This document shows positions 25,591 through 35,326 of a DNA stretch of 64,000 nt, one piece after another. Every line of letters starts with the position of its first letter. The first letter of the stretch is position 1. Under the pieces are notes generated by a model, which had not been told where the DNA came from, made no database searches, and was given only the letters and a program-made list of their open reading frames with translations. This DNA is from a virus (taxonomy: Duplodnaviria; Caudoviricetes): positions 3,739-67,738 of the IMG/VR virus record IMGVR_UViG_3300032373_000006; one strand, 5' to 3'. A program made the translations under genes and the position numbers.

Positions 25591-27150
25591 TTAAGCTGCG
25601 GCTGGAACGTAGTCGAAGTAGGTGATCAGAGCCGTGTGGTCCAGATTACCATCTACGTCTTCGCCGGAAGCAGCGTCTGTTGAAAGCGGAAGCGTTATTG
25701 GTGCATCGATTTCAACATTGAGACGACCGTCACCCAAGGAGATGAGCGGCAAGTCCAGTACGATCGCAGTGTTGTCCTTGACGAACGAGATGTCCAAAGT
25801 CACGTCTGTGTTGTTACGAACAGCTTGCGTCGCAGCAACATTGGAGAAGTAGGCTGTCAGGTTGCCGGAGACTTCAAACGTACCCGCTGTCACATCGAAA
25901 GACCCAAGAACACCAACCGCCTTGTTCGGGGTGACGTTGTTATTGATCGTTACCGTCGCTTCTGTAACAAAGGCGAACAGGGCTGTTGGAGCCTCGTCCG
26001 TATCGCTGACAACACCAAGCCGGATGCGACCAATGTCACTGGAGGTATTGTACTCGGCAGCAGCCGCCGGAGAGGTGACACCTGTCTGCTTTGGGCCAGT
26101 TACACCGTCACGTTGTTCATTGTCTATGCCGACAAACGAGATATCAATGGAGGCCAAATCAGCTTGTGGAATGTTGATTGAAACCTCATTCGGAACTGCA
26201 CCGAGAACAACTTCACTTTGTACCTGAGCGGGTGCCGCGTCGTCTGGAACACCAAGTGTGCGTTCCAAATTGTATGAACGACGAACGATGTTTGTGCCGC
26301 TCTCGTTACGAAGCACATCGCCAAAGAACAGGTTGACAGCTTCACCGCCCGAAAGGGTTTCTGCGATCATCGCACCGTCTGACTTGTCAAAGGTGATCGC
26401 AGAAGCGGTGACGCTGCGAATGCGCTTGAAGCCATTGTTCGTCGCGTTTGCTGTGAAGCCTTCACCGGAGGTATCTCCGCCAATGTAGACCCACTGTCCT
26501 GGAACGAGGCCAAGAGTTGTGAGATCTGCCAATGCTGTTGATGTGAGAGCAGGGAGGTTGCCCGAAAGATCGATAGCTGCATCATCGGCTGGGAACCGAT
26601 AACCAACGACCTTAATCACAGCATCGGCAGAAGGTGACTCATCAACAAGCTGACCATCCAAGACTTCAACCGATGTATCGGCGACGACTGCGGTCACGAC
26701 GTTGAGAGCGTTGTTCACGGCATTGGAAAAGTTCTTGCCGATAATCAAAGAGTTGACAACAAAGCCAGCAGTTGCGGCGACCTGATATTCGTCAGGGTTT
26801 GCCAAGTCAACATCGACAGCGGTAACTGTCTCTTCTGATTGCTCGCGGATATCGGCGAAGAACACACCCTGCATGATATCGGTGAGGTTTTCATATGTCA
26901 AGTTGTGGTTGAATCCACCGGACGCGTTCAGGTCAGTGGTCACACCTTTGCGGCGCTGACGAGACGGGTTGATTGGATTCGGCGCGACTGTGATGATCTC
27001 ACCGCCGAAATCGTTGTAGCTGTTGGGATTCAACTGACGCCAAACTGGAGATCCGGGTTCGCCTTGTTCTCCTGGAAGAATACCGAGTCGCGCTTCTTCC
27101 GCATATGCGAGACCAGTAATGTTACTGTCAATCTTTGGGACTTGTGCCAT
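25591..27150 (-). CDS. Major tail tube protein
   Basis: 519 aa; RQRRKGVTTDLNASGGF; position after the tail terminator gene. Confidence 0.85.
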   Translation of the reverse strand: MAQVPKIDSNITGLAYAEEARLGILPGEQGEPGSPVWRQLNPNSYNDFGGEIITVAPNPINPSRQRRKGVTTDLNASGGFNHNLTYENLTDIMQGVFFADIREQSEETVTAVDVDLANPDEYQVAATAGFVVNSLIIGKNFSNAVNNALNVVTAVVADTSVEVLDGQLVDESPSADAVIKVVGYRFPADDAAIDLSGNLPALTSTALADLTTLGLVPGQWVYIGGDTSGEGFTANATNNGFKRIRSVTASAITFDKSDGAMIAETLSGGEAVNLFFGDVLRNESGTNIVRRSYNLERTLGVPDDAAPAQVQSEVVLGAVPNEVSINIPQADLASIDISFVGIDNEQRDGVTGPKQTGVTSPAAAAEYNTSSDIGRIRLGVVSDTDEAPTALFAFVTEATVTINNNVTPNKAVGVLGSFDVTAGTFEVSGNLTAYFSNVAATQAVRNNTDVTLDISFVKDNTAIVLDLPLISLGDGRLNVEIDAPITLPLSTDAASGEDVDGNLDHTALITYFDYVPAAA

Positions 27151-27161
27151 ATCTGGCCTCC

Positions 27162-27578
27162 TTACTTAATTTCGTAGTATTCGAAATCGATTACTACACT
27201 GAGTCGGTTGAACGTGCCGTTTCTACCATTTTCGTTGATTCGTACATTCCGAAACCAAACTCCATTTGGCGAAGACACGCCTTCATATGCATCTGCAACG
27301 ACCTTAGCCAATTGATACGCCTGTGACAAGCCGGAAGTTGATGGAGTGTTAAGGTCGATAATCACTATACCACGACGGAGAAACTGTCGTTGACCCTTAC
27401 CTCCAAGAGTTGCTTGGTTGCCAGTTGCATGTCTCACCATGACTGTGGCCCAAGGATCTAGGCCTGCGTCACGGTCTTCATCTAGACCCTCCCAGTGCAT
27501 AGTATAGGTCGTTGGGTCCCATGCATCTTTGAGAAGAGTGAGCATCTCATCGTAGGCTTGTTCGTATGTCAGACTCAT
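27162..27578 (-). CDS. Tail terminator protein
   Basis: Size, position, RRGIVIIDL..P motif. Confidence 0.7.
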   Translation of the reverse strand: MSLTYEQAYDEMLTLLKDAWDPTTYTMHWEGLDEDRDAGLDPWATVMVRHATGNQATLGGKGQRQFLRRGIVIIDLNTPSTSGLSQAYQLAKVVADAYEGVSSPNGVWFRNVRINENGRNGTFNRLSVVIDFEYYEIK

Positions 27579-27964
27579 CGGCGAACTCCAATAAATCCGA
27601 GTAGAGTTGTGTTCGCTGGTTTCAGAGTTTGAGTTGCCTCAACCTGATAATCAACTCCATCACGAACAATGGGGTACTTACGAAGATCTGCTTCTCCTGC
27701 AAAGATAACGTATACAAGCTCTGAGTATGTGACCAGACCACGGAACTCACTGGCTTCGCCCAAGGCAGCAAGCCCAAAGATACGGACAGCCGCTGGCATC
27801 AACTGAACTCCAGGAACTGGGAGAAGTTCTTCACCGTCTTGACGACCGAGCCAAGGTTTGTCTTCGTCAATCAGAGCGCCAGTCGGGTTGACAAGCGTGA
27901 TCGTTCGGCCACTGTTCTTGACAAGCCTTTCTGCTGTTGCTGCGAGTTTGACATAATCAGGCAT
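27575..27964 (-). CDS. Head closure / head-tail joining protein
   Basis: 129 aa between adaptor and terminator genes. Confidence 0.65.
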   Translation of the reverse strand: MPDYVKLAATAERLVKNSGRTITLVNPTGALIDEDKPWLGRQDGEELLPVPGVQLMPAAVRIFGLAALGEASEFRGLVTYSELVYVIFAGEADLRKYPIVRDGVDYQVEATQTLKPANTTLLGFIGVRR

Positions 27965-28470
27965 TAACGATAGACCCCGCCCTGCCCTGAGTTTGTGATA
28001 GCTCGCATGAGAGAATCAGCTTTCGCCACTATTGGGTTTCTGCGTCCAGTAGCGCCCAAACCAGAGCCAGAATACTCAGTCTCCTCTTCGATCGGGCCGA
28101 CCTTCTCAAGTTTACGAATGATGCCACCACCTGACAGATTGTCTACATCGTAGTACAGATCGCCAGTGATTGCGTAGAAAGCATACTCGGCAGTCGCCCG
28201 CTCTAGCTTGATAGGCAGGCTGACAGGGTCTGTGACGAAGTAGTCAGTAGGGAACACCAGTGCCTGAGTTTCAGTGATCGGATAGCCGATAGCCTTTGGA
28301 CCCCAGCGTAGATCGATATATTCAGTTGCGAGACGCAGCTTTTGCTCGATCTCGCTACCACCGATAGAGACCACGTTGCCTCGGTCTTTGTGGTATGCTT
28401 TGAAGTCATCAGCAGACAGATAGCTTTCTGCGTTATCGAGACCTGTGCCGTCTTCAACGATCAATGCCAT
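27964..28470 (-). CDS. Head-tail adaptor (DnaT-like family)
   Basis: MALIVEDGTGLDNAESYLS...QALVFP...KVGPIEEETEY. Confidence 0.8.
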   Translation of the reverse strand: MALIVEDGTGLDNAESYLSADDFKAYHKDRGNVVSIGGSEIEQKLRLATEYIDLRWGPKAIGYPITETQALVFPTDYFVTDPVSLPIKLERATAEYAFYAITGDLYYDVDNLSGGGIIRKLEKVGPIEEETEYSGSGLGATGRRNPIVAKADSLMRAITNSGQGGVYR

Positions 28471-28829
28471 TATGCGGTCCTCGTGATGTCTGCGTCAATT
28501 TGGAACGACCCTTTGAGAATCGTACGAGTTGAGCCTCCACCAACCATTTGAATATCGTAATTGTAGAGGTCCGGAGTTTGTGTCAGGTCGCCAGTGCTAG
28601 GCTGAAAGTCAACGCGCCCATTGGGTCCATCAACGACTGTACCAGAGATTTGGAACAACGCCCCTGTATCGTCAGAGGGATCGTCGGAGGCGTTTACTGT
28701 CATTGTGAAAACAAACCCTGTGATATCAAGAGCAGCGCCGCCAGAATTCACAGTGATTGGGATCACAGGGCTGTCGCCGCGAGTAACAAGGATTTCTTCT
28801 GATATCGCTCTAAAGTCAGCCATTAGCAA
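28470..28829 (-). CDS. BppU-N-like Ig-fold structural protein
   Basis: RGDS..I.ITV...LDITG...YNYDIQM...TILKGSF. Confidence 0.65.
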   Translation of the reverse strand: MLMADFRAISEEILVTRGDSPVIPITVNSGGAALDITGFVFTMTVNASDDPSDDTGALFQISGTVVDGPNGRVDFQPSTGDLTQTPDLYNYDIQMVGGGSTRTILKGSFQIDADITRTA

Positions 28830-29077
28830 AGATCCACTTCAACTTGTATTGTTTCTACCTCTACCATCAGCGGAGATTGAACAGTTGCCGCAAGCATACT
28901 CTCAGAGACTGTAATTGCAAGGGGCTGATTAACCTGACCCATAAGGGCAGGGGACGCCACCTGAGCCGCCAAAACGACCGCTATGGACACGTCTAGCACC
29001 GCTGGCACCACCACACCCCCGCCGCCTGTCCCTAGCGGCACAAGGCGTCCCAGTGTTATCCTAGCTAGGGTGCTCAT
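28823..29077 (-). CDS. Hypothetical structural protein (84 aa)
   Basis: Tightly packed ORF. Confidence 0.5.
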   Translation of the reverse strand: MSTLARITLGRLVPLGTGGGGVVVPAVLDVSIAVVLAAQVASPALMGQVNQPLAITVSESMLAATVQSPLMVEVETIQVEVDLC

Positions 29078-30306
29078 TGCCGTGTCGCAGTGCTGGTTGT
29101 GGTTCCATCACCAGTGATTTCGATATCGATGTTTGTACCGCTGATTTCACGACTTGGAGTAACAGTGACAGGATTATTCGGATCTAGACCCCGCATTTGA
29201 TGAAGTTCTGAGAGTTTCATATTTAAAGTTTGGTCTTCAATTATAGCAGACCCAACGGAATTATCAATAACCTGAGCAGAACCACGAATTACATAAACCC
29301 CATCAGAAATATCAGATTTAAACAGAACTCTACCAGATGACATATCAATCGACACATCAGCTCTAGAATCTGAGCAGTTTGAAATTTCTAATCCTCCCTG
29401 CCAATCGCGAATAACCAAAGGAGTTTCGTGAATACCTCCAAGATCAATTCTTGCAAATTGTCCTGCATCGCCGCCAGCGACCAAGCTAAAACACTGAAGA
29501 AAAGTTGCAGTATTAGTACCACCTAACGTGACAGTCCCAAGAAATCCACATTGAAAAATATATCCATTGAAATAGTTAATATCTCTTATAGCACAATCAC
29601 GAATTGAGTTTGAACCATCTAGAGTTCCATCTATCGTCAAATTTTTAAATTCACAATTTGAAAAATTAGCTAGATCGTTCAGTGTTAATCCTATGTTTGG
29701 GTTATCGCCAAAGAACAAGAAACCATTAGAGAAGTCATTAGTACTTATCGACATTGTCGATAGTATGCGAAATGTCTTTATACCTCGTTCTCTAGCAATC
29801 AGTACCCCATCAGAGATATTGTTCACAGGAAAAGCTCTAGTTCCAGTTGGGAAAACAGTTCCAGAGATTCCAGAGTTCACATCAATACTAACTTCTCCAG
29901 AACCAAATGCTGCTGCTTGCAAAGCGAATGGATCTTGAAGACCAGCAGAGTTCGCTGTGTTCAGACCAACTTGGTTTTTGAGTGCTACGTCAGAAAGATT
30001 TGAGTTTCCTCCAACGACGTTGACATTATAATTACCATCTTCGAATTCTATAACATATGGAGAAAGAATATTAACAACCCGAGCAAGAGTAACCCCAGCA
30101 ACCGTGAGCGGGGCAGTATGAACGTGATTCGTTGGGTAGGGCATTCCTTCAACATCATCCATTAAATCATTAAGAGTCAATCTTAATGAATTGATGTTGA
30201 TTTGTCTAATCTCGGTAGGTACAGATTGGACAAGTTGAAGATCATTTCTTGGAATCTTTATTACATACTGAGGAGCAGTATCGCTATAATCAATAGTGAT
30301 CGTCAC
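29074..30306 (-). CDS. Putative virion fibre/appendage protein (410 aa)
   Basis: Beta-helix-like Asn/Gly/Ile-rich composition; AT-rich block. Confidence 0.6.
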   Translation of the reverse strand: MTITIDYSDTAPQYVIKIPRNDLQLVQSVPTEIRQININSLRLTLNDLMDDVEGMPYPTNHVHTAPLTVAGVTLARVVNILSPYVIEFEDGNYNVNVVGGNSNLSDVALKNQVGLNTANSAGLQDPFALQAAAFGSGEVSIDVNSGISGTVFPTGTRAFPVNNISDGVLIARERGIKTFRILSTMSISTNDFSNGFLFFGDNPNIGLTLNDLANFSNCEFKNLTIDGTLDGSNSIRDCAIRDINYFNGYIFQCGFLGTVTLGGTNTATFLQCFSLVAGGDAGQFARIDLGGIHETPLVIRDWQGGLEISNCSDSRADVSIDMSSGRVLFKSDISDGVYVIRGSAQVIDNSVGSAIIEDQTLNMKLSELHQMRGLDPNNPVTVTPSREISGTNIDIEITGDGTTTSTATRQ

Positions 30307-30315
30307 AATAATCTC

Positions 30316-30531
30316 CTATTTTGTTGGTCCTGAACCAAATTTTTCAGCCAGAATTGAGAGGCTCATATATTTATTAACACGTTCCTCCATCTGCAGCAAC
30401 TTAGAAGTTAGTTCAGAAATTCTCTTATTCTGCTCATTTAGAACGTTATCATATTGAGAAAGTTTTTTGGTGACAGCTTCTACATTCATCTTAGCTATCT
30501 TTAACTGTAATTCTGGGTTTCTACTATCCAT
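30316..30531 (-). CDS. Small coiled-coil protein
   Basis: Heptad pattern LSQYDNVLNEQNKRISELTSKL. Confidence 0.6.
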   Translation of the reverse strand: MDSRNPELQLKIAKMNVEAVTKKLSQYDNVLNEQNKRISELTSKLLQMEERVNKYMSLSILAEKFGSGPTK

Positions 30532-30537
30532 TGTATT

Positions 30538-32115
30538 CTATTCATCCACAACCAGAACAACAGTCACATCTAGACCAGAAGAAGTAATTGTTCCAGTAAT
30601 AGATCCAGTTTTATAATATGGTGAGGAAGATGATTTTCTTGCTCTACCGCTAATCGGTTGATTTCCAAGGAAAGCAAATCCAGTATTTTCAACAATACCT
30701 GAACCATCTGAAACACCGGAAAGAATGACGTCTCCAGATGTGGCTGGGCCTCCTGATAAAGCTTCAACATAAACCCTAGCCCCAGAGATTGGAGTAAGAG
30801 TGTTTGCGTCAAGAATTGTCACTGAAATACTAACAGCGTTGACCACAGAAGTGGATGCTCCCGATCCATTCCTAATCGTTGGAGTATCACCACCACCAGT
30901 GATATTCAAAGTTACTGCTCCGCCTGAATTATTATAGATTGCGGCGGTATTTGTAGAATTGGCCCCATAACCGGAGAACAAATTTCCAGAGAATGTGTAA
31001 GTTCCAGGAGTTGTGATTTCTATGGCGTGGCCTTGAGAAAATGAGAAAGAGCAATCAGATATTAGAGAAGGGTCATCACTTTCTATGAATGAAACTCCTG
31101 AAGAGTTATTTGCAGATAGAACAGTGACTCCAGAAAGTTCAGCTGAGTTCTGAATTAATTTTGTACAATTGATTAAGGTGGTTGCGGTTAATATAGAATT
31201 AGCTGATAAGATCAATTGATCAGCCCCAGTCCAAACTCCGTTTACATCTTCAAAAGAATTTGCGCTTGAATCAACGGTGATTCCCCATCTTGCATTAGCT
31301 GGGTTAGCAGAAGCGATTGAAGCTAGAGTCCAAGATACATCAGTGCCAGCCCCTCGAATATCAAATTCATAAAATCCGATAGCTACTTTCTCATCAGCGA
31401 AAATAACCGAGAACGCTTCATCTGTGAATACAGAAACGGCTGAGCCAGTCGCTGGACCAATGAACATTTTTCCCTTACCGATGAAAGCACCCTGAGTTGA
31501 AGACCACCATCCCCAGAACGAAGTATCTTCATCTTGAATTCTCACAGTTTCAAAAGTATTTGGAGTTCCAACCGTACCAGCATCTACTCGAACACCGAGA
31601 CCTATAGTCATCTGGTCAACCTGAACATTGTTGAAAGAACCCATAATGGAAGTGATCGTTTGGAATATAACCCCCATTTGAGTGATTGCGGTCAACTGCG
31701 CTGGATTTCCAGTATTTGTCAAAGGTGGACTAGCAGTGTTTGAATCTCTACCCAAGTCCATAACTTTAGTGATGAACCCCCCTTTATAGAATACTGTTGG
31801 ATCCGCGTGCCACTGAACTCTTAACCCCCCACTGTCTACTACGCTAAGTCTTAACCCCCCAGTAGCAGCGATTGGAGTTTTAGTATTAATCCAAACGATA
31901 AAGTGATATCCAAATTCAGCACCACCAGAAGAGAAGTCATAAGGAGCTCCAGCACCCAAGGAGGTTGTCTCCATGATAACGACTGTATTCGAGGCTTTTA
32001 CCCCGATAGCACCAGCCCCTTCCACGAAATCGTCATCACCTGAAATTGATCCAGTAGTCCATCCAGTGGAGCTATCACCAGAATTTACAATTTCTCCAAT
32101 AAGAGTTACCGGCAT
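30538..32115 (-). CDS. Putative virion appendage protein (525 aa)
   Basis: Gly/Ser/Thr-rich; C-terminal V.ILDANTLTPISGARV beta-sandwich. Confidence 0.65.
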   Translation of the reverse strand: MPVTLIGEIVNSGDSSTGWTTGSISGDDDFVEGAGAIGVKASNTVVIMETTSLGAGAPYDFSSGGAEFGYHFIVWINTKTPIAATGGLRLSVVDSGGLRVQWHADPTVFYKGGFITKVMDLGRDSNTASPPLTNTGNPAQLTAITQMGVIFQTITSIMGSFNNVQVDQMTIGLGVRVDAGTVGTPNTFETVRIQDEDTSFWGWWSSTQGAFIGKGKMFIGPATGSAVSVFTDEAFSVIFADEKVAIGFYEFDIRGAGTDVSWTLASIASANPANARWGITVDSSANSFEDVNGVWTGADQLILSANSILTATTLINCTKLIQNSAELSGVTVLSANNSSGVSFIESDDPSLISDCSFSFSQGHAIEITTPGTYTFSGNLFSGYGANSTNTAAIYNNSGGAVTLNITGGGDTPTIRNGSGASTSVVNAVSISVTILDANTLTPISGARVYVEALSGGPATSGDVILSGVSDGSGIVENTGFAFLGNQPISGRARKSSSSPYYKTGSITGTITSSGLDVTVVLVVDE

Positions 32116-32543
32116 TTCATGACCTTATATCTGTGAGAAAATATAACAGTTGCGGCATGAACAGAATGCAAAGCCATTTCATTCTCACTTGGAATAGATA
32201 TTCCACTTTCTGATAGTTGATGGCCACTCGCAGAACCAAAGAAATACCAATCGTCTTTATGATCATAATCCCAAAGAGAGACAGGGTTACTGAATTCATT
32301 CTCAGCCCCTACTAAAACAACTTTTTGACCATCAGATATTTCATGAAAATTTTCTACAGATTCTACTATATCTACTTTAAAAGACTGATTAAAATTCAAT
32401 CTTTCATCAGTTAGATTTATGATTACAACGTGATCAATATCACCAGCCATCAACAACGCATAATTCCAGGCGTCAAGAAGATCCTGACGCCCAGAGAATA
32501 CATCTACATCGTTTTCCTCGTAGAAAAAACATACAGAGGCCAT
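32106..32543 (-). CDS. SPOUT (TrmH/SpoU-like) methyltransferase-fold protein
   Basis: WYFFGSASG...ISIP...LHSVHAATVIFSHR resembles SPOUT motifs 2 and 3; start at 32543 with AAGGA SD. Confidence 0.5.
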   Translation of the reverse strand: MASVCFFYEENDVDVFSGRQDLLDAWNYALLMAGDIDHVVIINLTDERLNFNQSFKVDIVESVENFHEISDGQKVVLVGAENEFSNPVSLWDYDHKDDWYFFGSASGHQLSESGISIPSENEMALHSVHAATVIFSHRYKVMKCR

Positions 32544-32553
32544 ATTGTCATCC

Positions 32554-34491
32554 TTAGGCGTCTGTCGTTCTGATCGCTGTAGCGGAACCACCAGAAGAAC
32601 CAAGGGTCGCTGGAGTTTCGAAAGTCTTAATAGGAGTAGTGTCCCCATCACGAACTCTCACAAACAGCGACCTATCTGATGAATAGACAGAAGTAAATGT
32701 CGCAGAAGTACCAGTCGCCAAAGTGTCGATGTATGAGATAAACACATCATTCGCAGCAGCGGCTTCAACTGTTGCAAAATCAGCGACTCCAGGAACCGCA
32801 GCTTCTGAAGCAGTTGGATCAATGGTGAAAGTGGAACCTGCCCAAGAAGTATATTGCAATCTTCGAGCGACACCATTATCGTCAAATACCCGAATAGTAC
32901 CAGCAGACGGTGTGTCAGAGGGAATACTGGTATCAATCACAACAGATGTGATATTGTCAGTATTCAATGTCGCGTTCAAGCCAAACTGATCAGCTTGGAG
33001 GAAGCCACCGCTCTCTGGGCCGACCAACACTCTATCCTCACCAGAAACAAGGCCAGAAACCGTGAATGTGACATTGTTTGGAGGCAATCTCAAAGTATTC
33101 GTAAGATCGAAAAGCTGGTCAGAGGCAGTGAGATCTGTTGGGTCCAGACCAATGCCGAATGCGCCGATAACCGCGGAACCAGTTGAAACACCAAGGAATG
33201 AGGGAGAAACTGTTCTGGAAGTTACAGAACCTTCAACCGTCATTATTTGAGTATGGTCACTTATTTCATACATATCAGCATTATCAGCTGGGGTTGAACC
33301 TTTGAGCAACTGAACCCAAACGACTCCAGTTGTGCCATTGTCATCCACCGCTAATAGAGAAGCTGTCCCTCCACCGATTGCTTGACCAACTGGCCCTGCA
33401 GAACTTGTCGCTGTGGCAGAGGAAGTGGTGCCAGTTACAACTTCACCTGAAACCCAAGTGCCGCTTTCTGTTGCGATCACCAAACTGGTTCCTGTAGTAT
33501 CAACGCCAAGAACTCGCCCGTAGGCAAGAGAAGTTCCACCAGTGACCTTTTCCCCTACGATAAACGGTCCACCAGTGACAGCACCAGTATTGAGGAAAGT
33601 ACCCCAGACATATTGATCATTGGTTGCAGGCTGAGCGCCGCTTTCTGCATCATAGTTCCATTGGTGGGTTATACCACGAAACAGATCGCCGTTCAATCCA
33701 CCAATTGTTTCACCCGTACCACGGCGCTGGATATATTTGGCCCATTCGTAAAGATCATTAATAGAAGGAGAGGCAGGAATAGATCCCCCGCCAGTAACAG
33801 TCCACTGGGAGTAGTACTCCTCAGGAGATCCGTCACCAGTTACGTCGATTAACTGATAACCCTCAGTGTTAGTAAATTGGTCGTAAGTTCCGATTGTACC
33901 AGACGGAGTAGAGTTGTTGAGGTCGGGGCCTGTGAAAAGAGCAGCGGTGTTGTTGCCAGCGCCCATCGTGACAGAGAATTCTGCATACGTGTCGCCAAGT
34001 TCTCTGGCAAATACACGAATACGCTCACCATCGATATTGGCACCATCGACGCGAGTCTTAACCATTGTACGAAGCAGAATGTTCGCTGCTGCATCACCAT
34101 TACCAGAGGCATCACCAGTGACTCCCCAGAAGTTTGTGAGGATTTCATTGTTTTGCACAAGTTCGATTGAAGTTCCTATTGGAACAGAGCCCACCACAAC
34201 CAGACCGCGATAAAACGTATTTCCGCCAGCTTGTGAGATAGAGCCATCATATAAGTGTTCTACCGCTGTATCATCGACGTTGAAACCGTTGATCAACGAG
34301 ATAATGTTGTCAGTGGCTCGGTCAGATGGAGTCTCATCTGTGATGTCCAGAAGATCGTTACCTGAGGCCACTGCATCATCTGCTCGATCTTGAAGGAAGC
34401 GGTGAAGTTCCAGAACTGTATAGTTGGCGGTCGTACCAGTATAGCGAATATCTCCGTTTACTGCGATCGAGAAGTCGTCTGCAATAGCCAT
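32554..34491 (-). CDS. Large putative virion structural protein (645 aa)
   Basis: Gly/Thr-rich beta protein downstream of the capsid genes. Confidence 0.7.
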   Translation of the reverse strand: MAIADDFSIAVNGDIRYTGTTANYTVLELHRFLQDRADDAVASGNDLLDITDETPSDRATDNIISLINGFNVDDTAVEHLYDGSISQAGGNTFYRGLVVVGSVPIGTSIELVQNNEILTNFWGVTGDASGNGDAAANILLRTMVKTRVDGANIDGERIRVFARELGDTYAEFSVTMGAGNNTAALFTGPDLNNSTPSGTIGTYDQFTNTEGYQLIDVTGDGSPEEYYSQWTVTGGGSIPASPSINDLYEWAKYIQRRGTGETIGGLNGDLFRGITHQWNYDAESGAQPATNDQYVWGTFLNTGAVTGGPFIVGEKVTGGTSLAYGRVLGVDTTGTSLVIATESGTWVSGEVVTGTTSSATATSSAGPVGQAIGGGTASLLAVDDNGTTGVVWVQLLKGSTPADNADMYEISDHTQIMTVEGSVTSRTVSPSFLGVSTGSAVIGAFGIGLDPTDLTASDQLFDLTNTLRLPPNNVTFTVSGLVSGEDRVLVGPESGGFLQADQFGLNATLNTDNITSVVIDTSIPSDTPSAGTIRVFDDNGVARRLQYTSWAGSTFTIDPTASEAAVPGVADFATVEAAAANDVFISYIDTLATGTSATFTSVYSSDRSLFVRVRDGDTTPIKTFETPATLGSSGGSATAIRTTDA

Positions 34492-34507
34492 CGTGTGACC
34501 CTTTCAA

Positions 34508-35062
34508 TTACATTTTGTCGCGAGCTTTTTTCTGCTTCGCAAGACCTTCGTCGAGTGGTGACTTCGCGGCCCCAGCCCCGAGGATCAATTGACGATTTGC
34601 GTTGAACTCGGCCATACGTTGCGCCCGAGACTCGGTGGAAGATTTGATCACAGCCATGATACCAAGCTGGTTCGCCGTTTTGTCTTCTTTGACACGCATG
34701 AGACGATTCATAGTAGCATCAAGATGCTCGCCAGCTTCGATCTCTTCAGCTTTCGCTTTTGCAGCGATCTGAGTTGCTTTGTCATAGGCTTCTTGCGCGG
34801 CGACAATTTCTGGATGATTGTACCCTTGGGTATTCACTTCAACTTCAACAACTTCCTGCTCAGGAGGTTCAGCAGGACCGAACTCTTGATTCTCGCGCGA
34901 GAACTGAGGAGCCGCATTGATGATGTCCGCCCGCTTGAGACCTTCGATCTCAGAAAGCTCAGCTACGACTTCGACGCGAGGCGCTCCATCGGAGGTCCAC
35001 TGATCGTCGTCAAGTGGATCCATCTGTGATAGTGCCTCAGTAATGTTTTCAGTGATGTCCAT
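34508..35062 (-). CDS. Hypothetical capsid-associated protein
   Basis: DDDQWTSDGAPRVE domain plus coiled-coil. Confidence 0.65.
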   Translation of the reverse strand: MDITENITEALSQMDPLDDDQWTSDGAPRVEVVAELSEIEGLKRADIINAAPQFSRENQEFGPAEPPEQEVVEVEVNTQGYNHPEIVAAQEAYDKATQIAAKAKAEEIEAGEHLDATMNRLMRVKEDKTANQLGIMAVIKSSTESRAQRMAEFNANRQLILGAGAAKSPLDEGLAKQKKARDKM

Positions 35063-35073
35063 GTTGATATCCT

Positions 35074-35271
35074 TTATAAGTCGGTGACTTCGCCAGCAAC
35101 GGCCTCAGCGTTGGTTGCTTTGATACCATCCCAGACAGCAGAGGCGGATGGGTATTGAAGAAGGCTGGATGCCCGCCCTTCAACGAAATTCGTGGTGTTC
35201 GGCTGGCGACGTACGCGATCATAATCGCGGTGCTTCAAGTGGCGAAGACGGGGGATTCCTACACGAGCCAT
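35074..35271 (-). CDS. Small hypothetical virion protein (65 aa)
   Basis: GGAGG SD; follows the MCP terminator. Confidence 0.65.
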   Translation of the reverse strand: MARVGIPRLRHLKHRDYDRVRRQPNTTNFVEGRASSLLQYPSASAVWDGIKATNAEAVAGEVTDL

Positions 35272-35297
35272 GATTACCTCCAGCCCAAAGTGGTGAA

Positions 35298-35319
35298 GGG
35301 AGCGACCGGAGCCGCTCCC
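35298..35319 (-). terminator. Hairpin downstream of major capsid gene
   Basis: GGGAGCG-GCTCCGGT-CGCTCCC followed by TTCACC. Confidence 0.55.
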
Positions 35320-35326
35320 GTATTGA

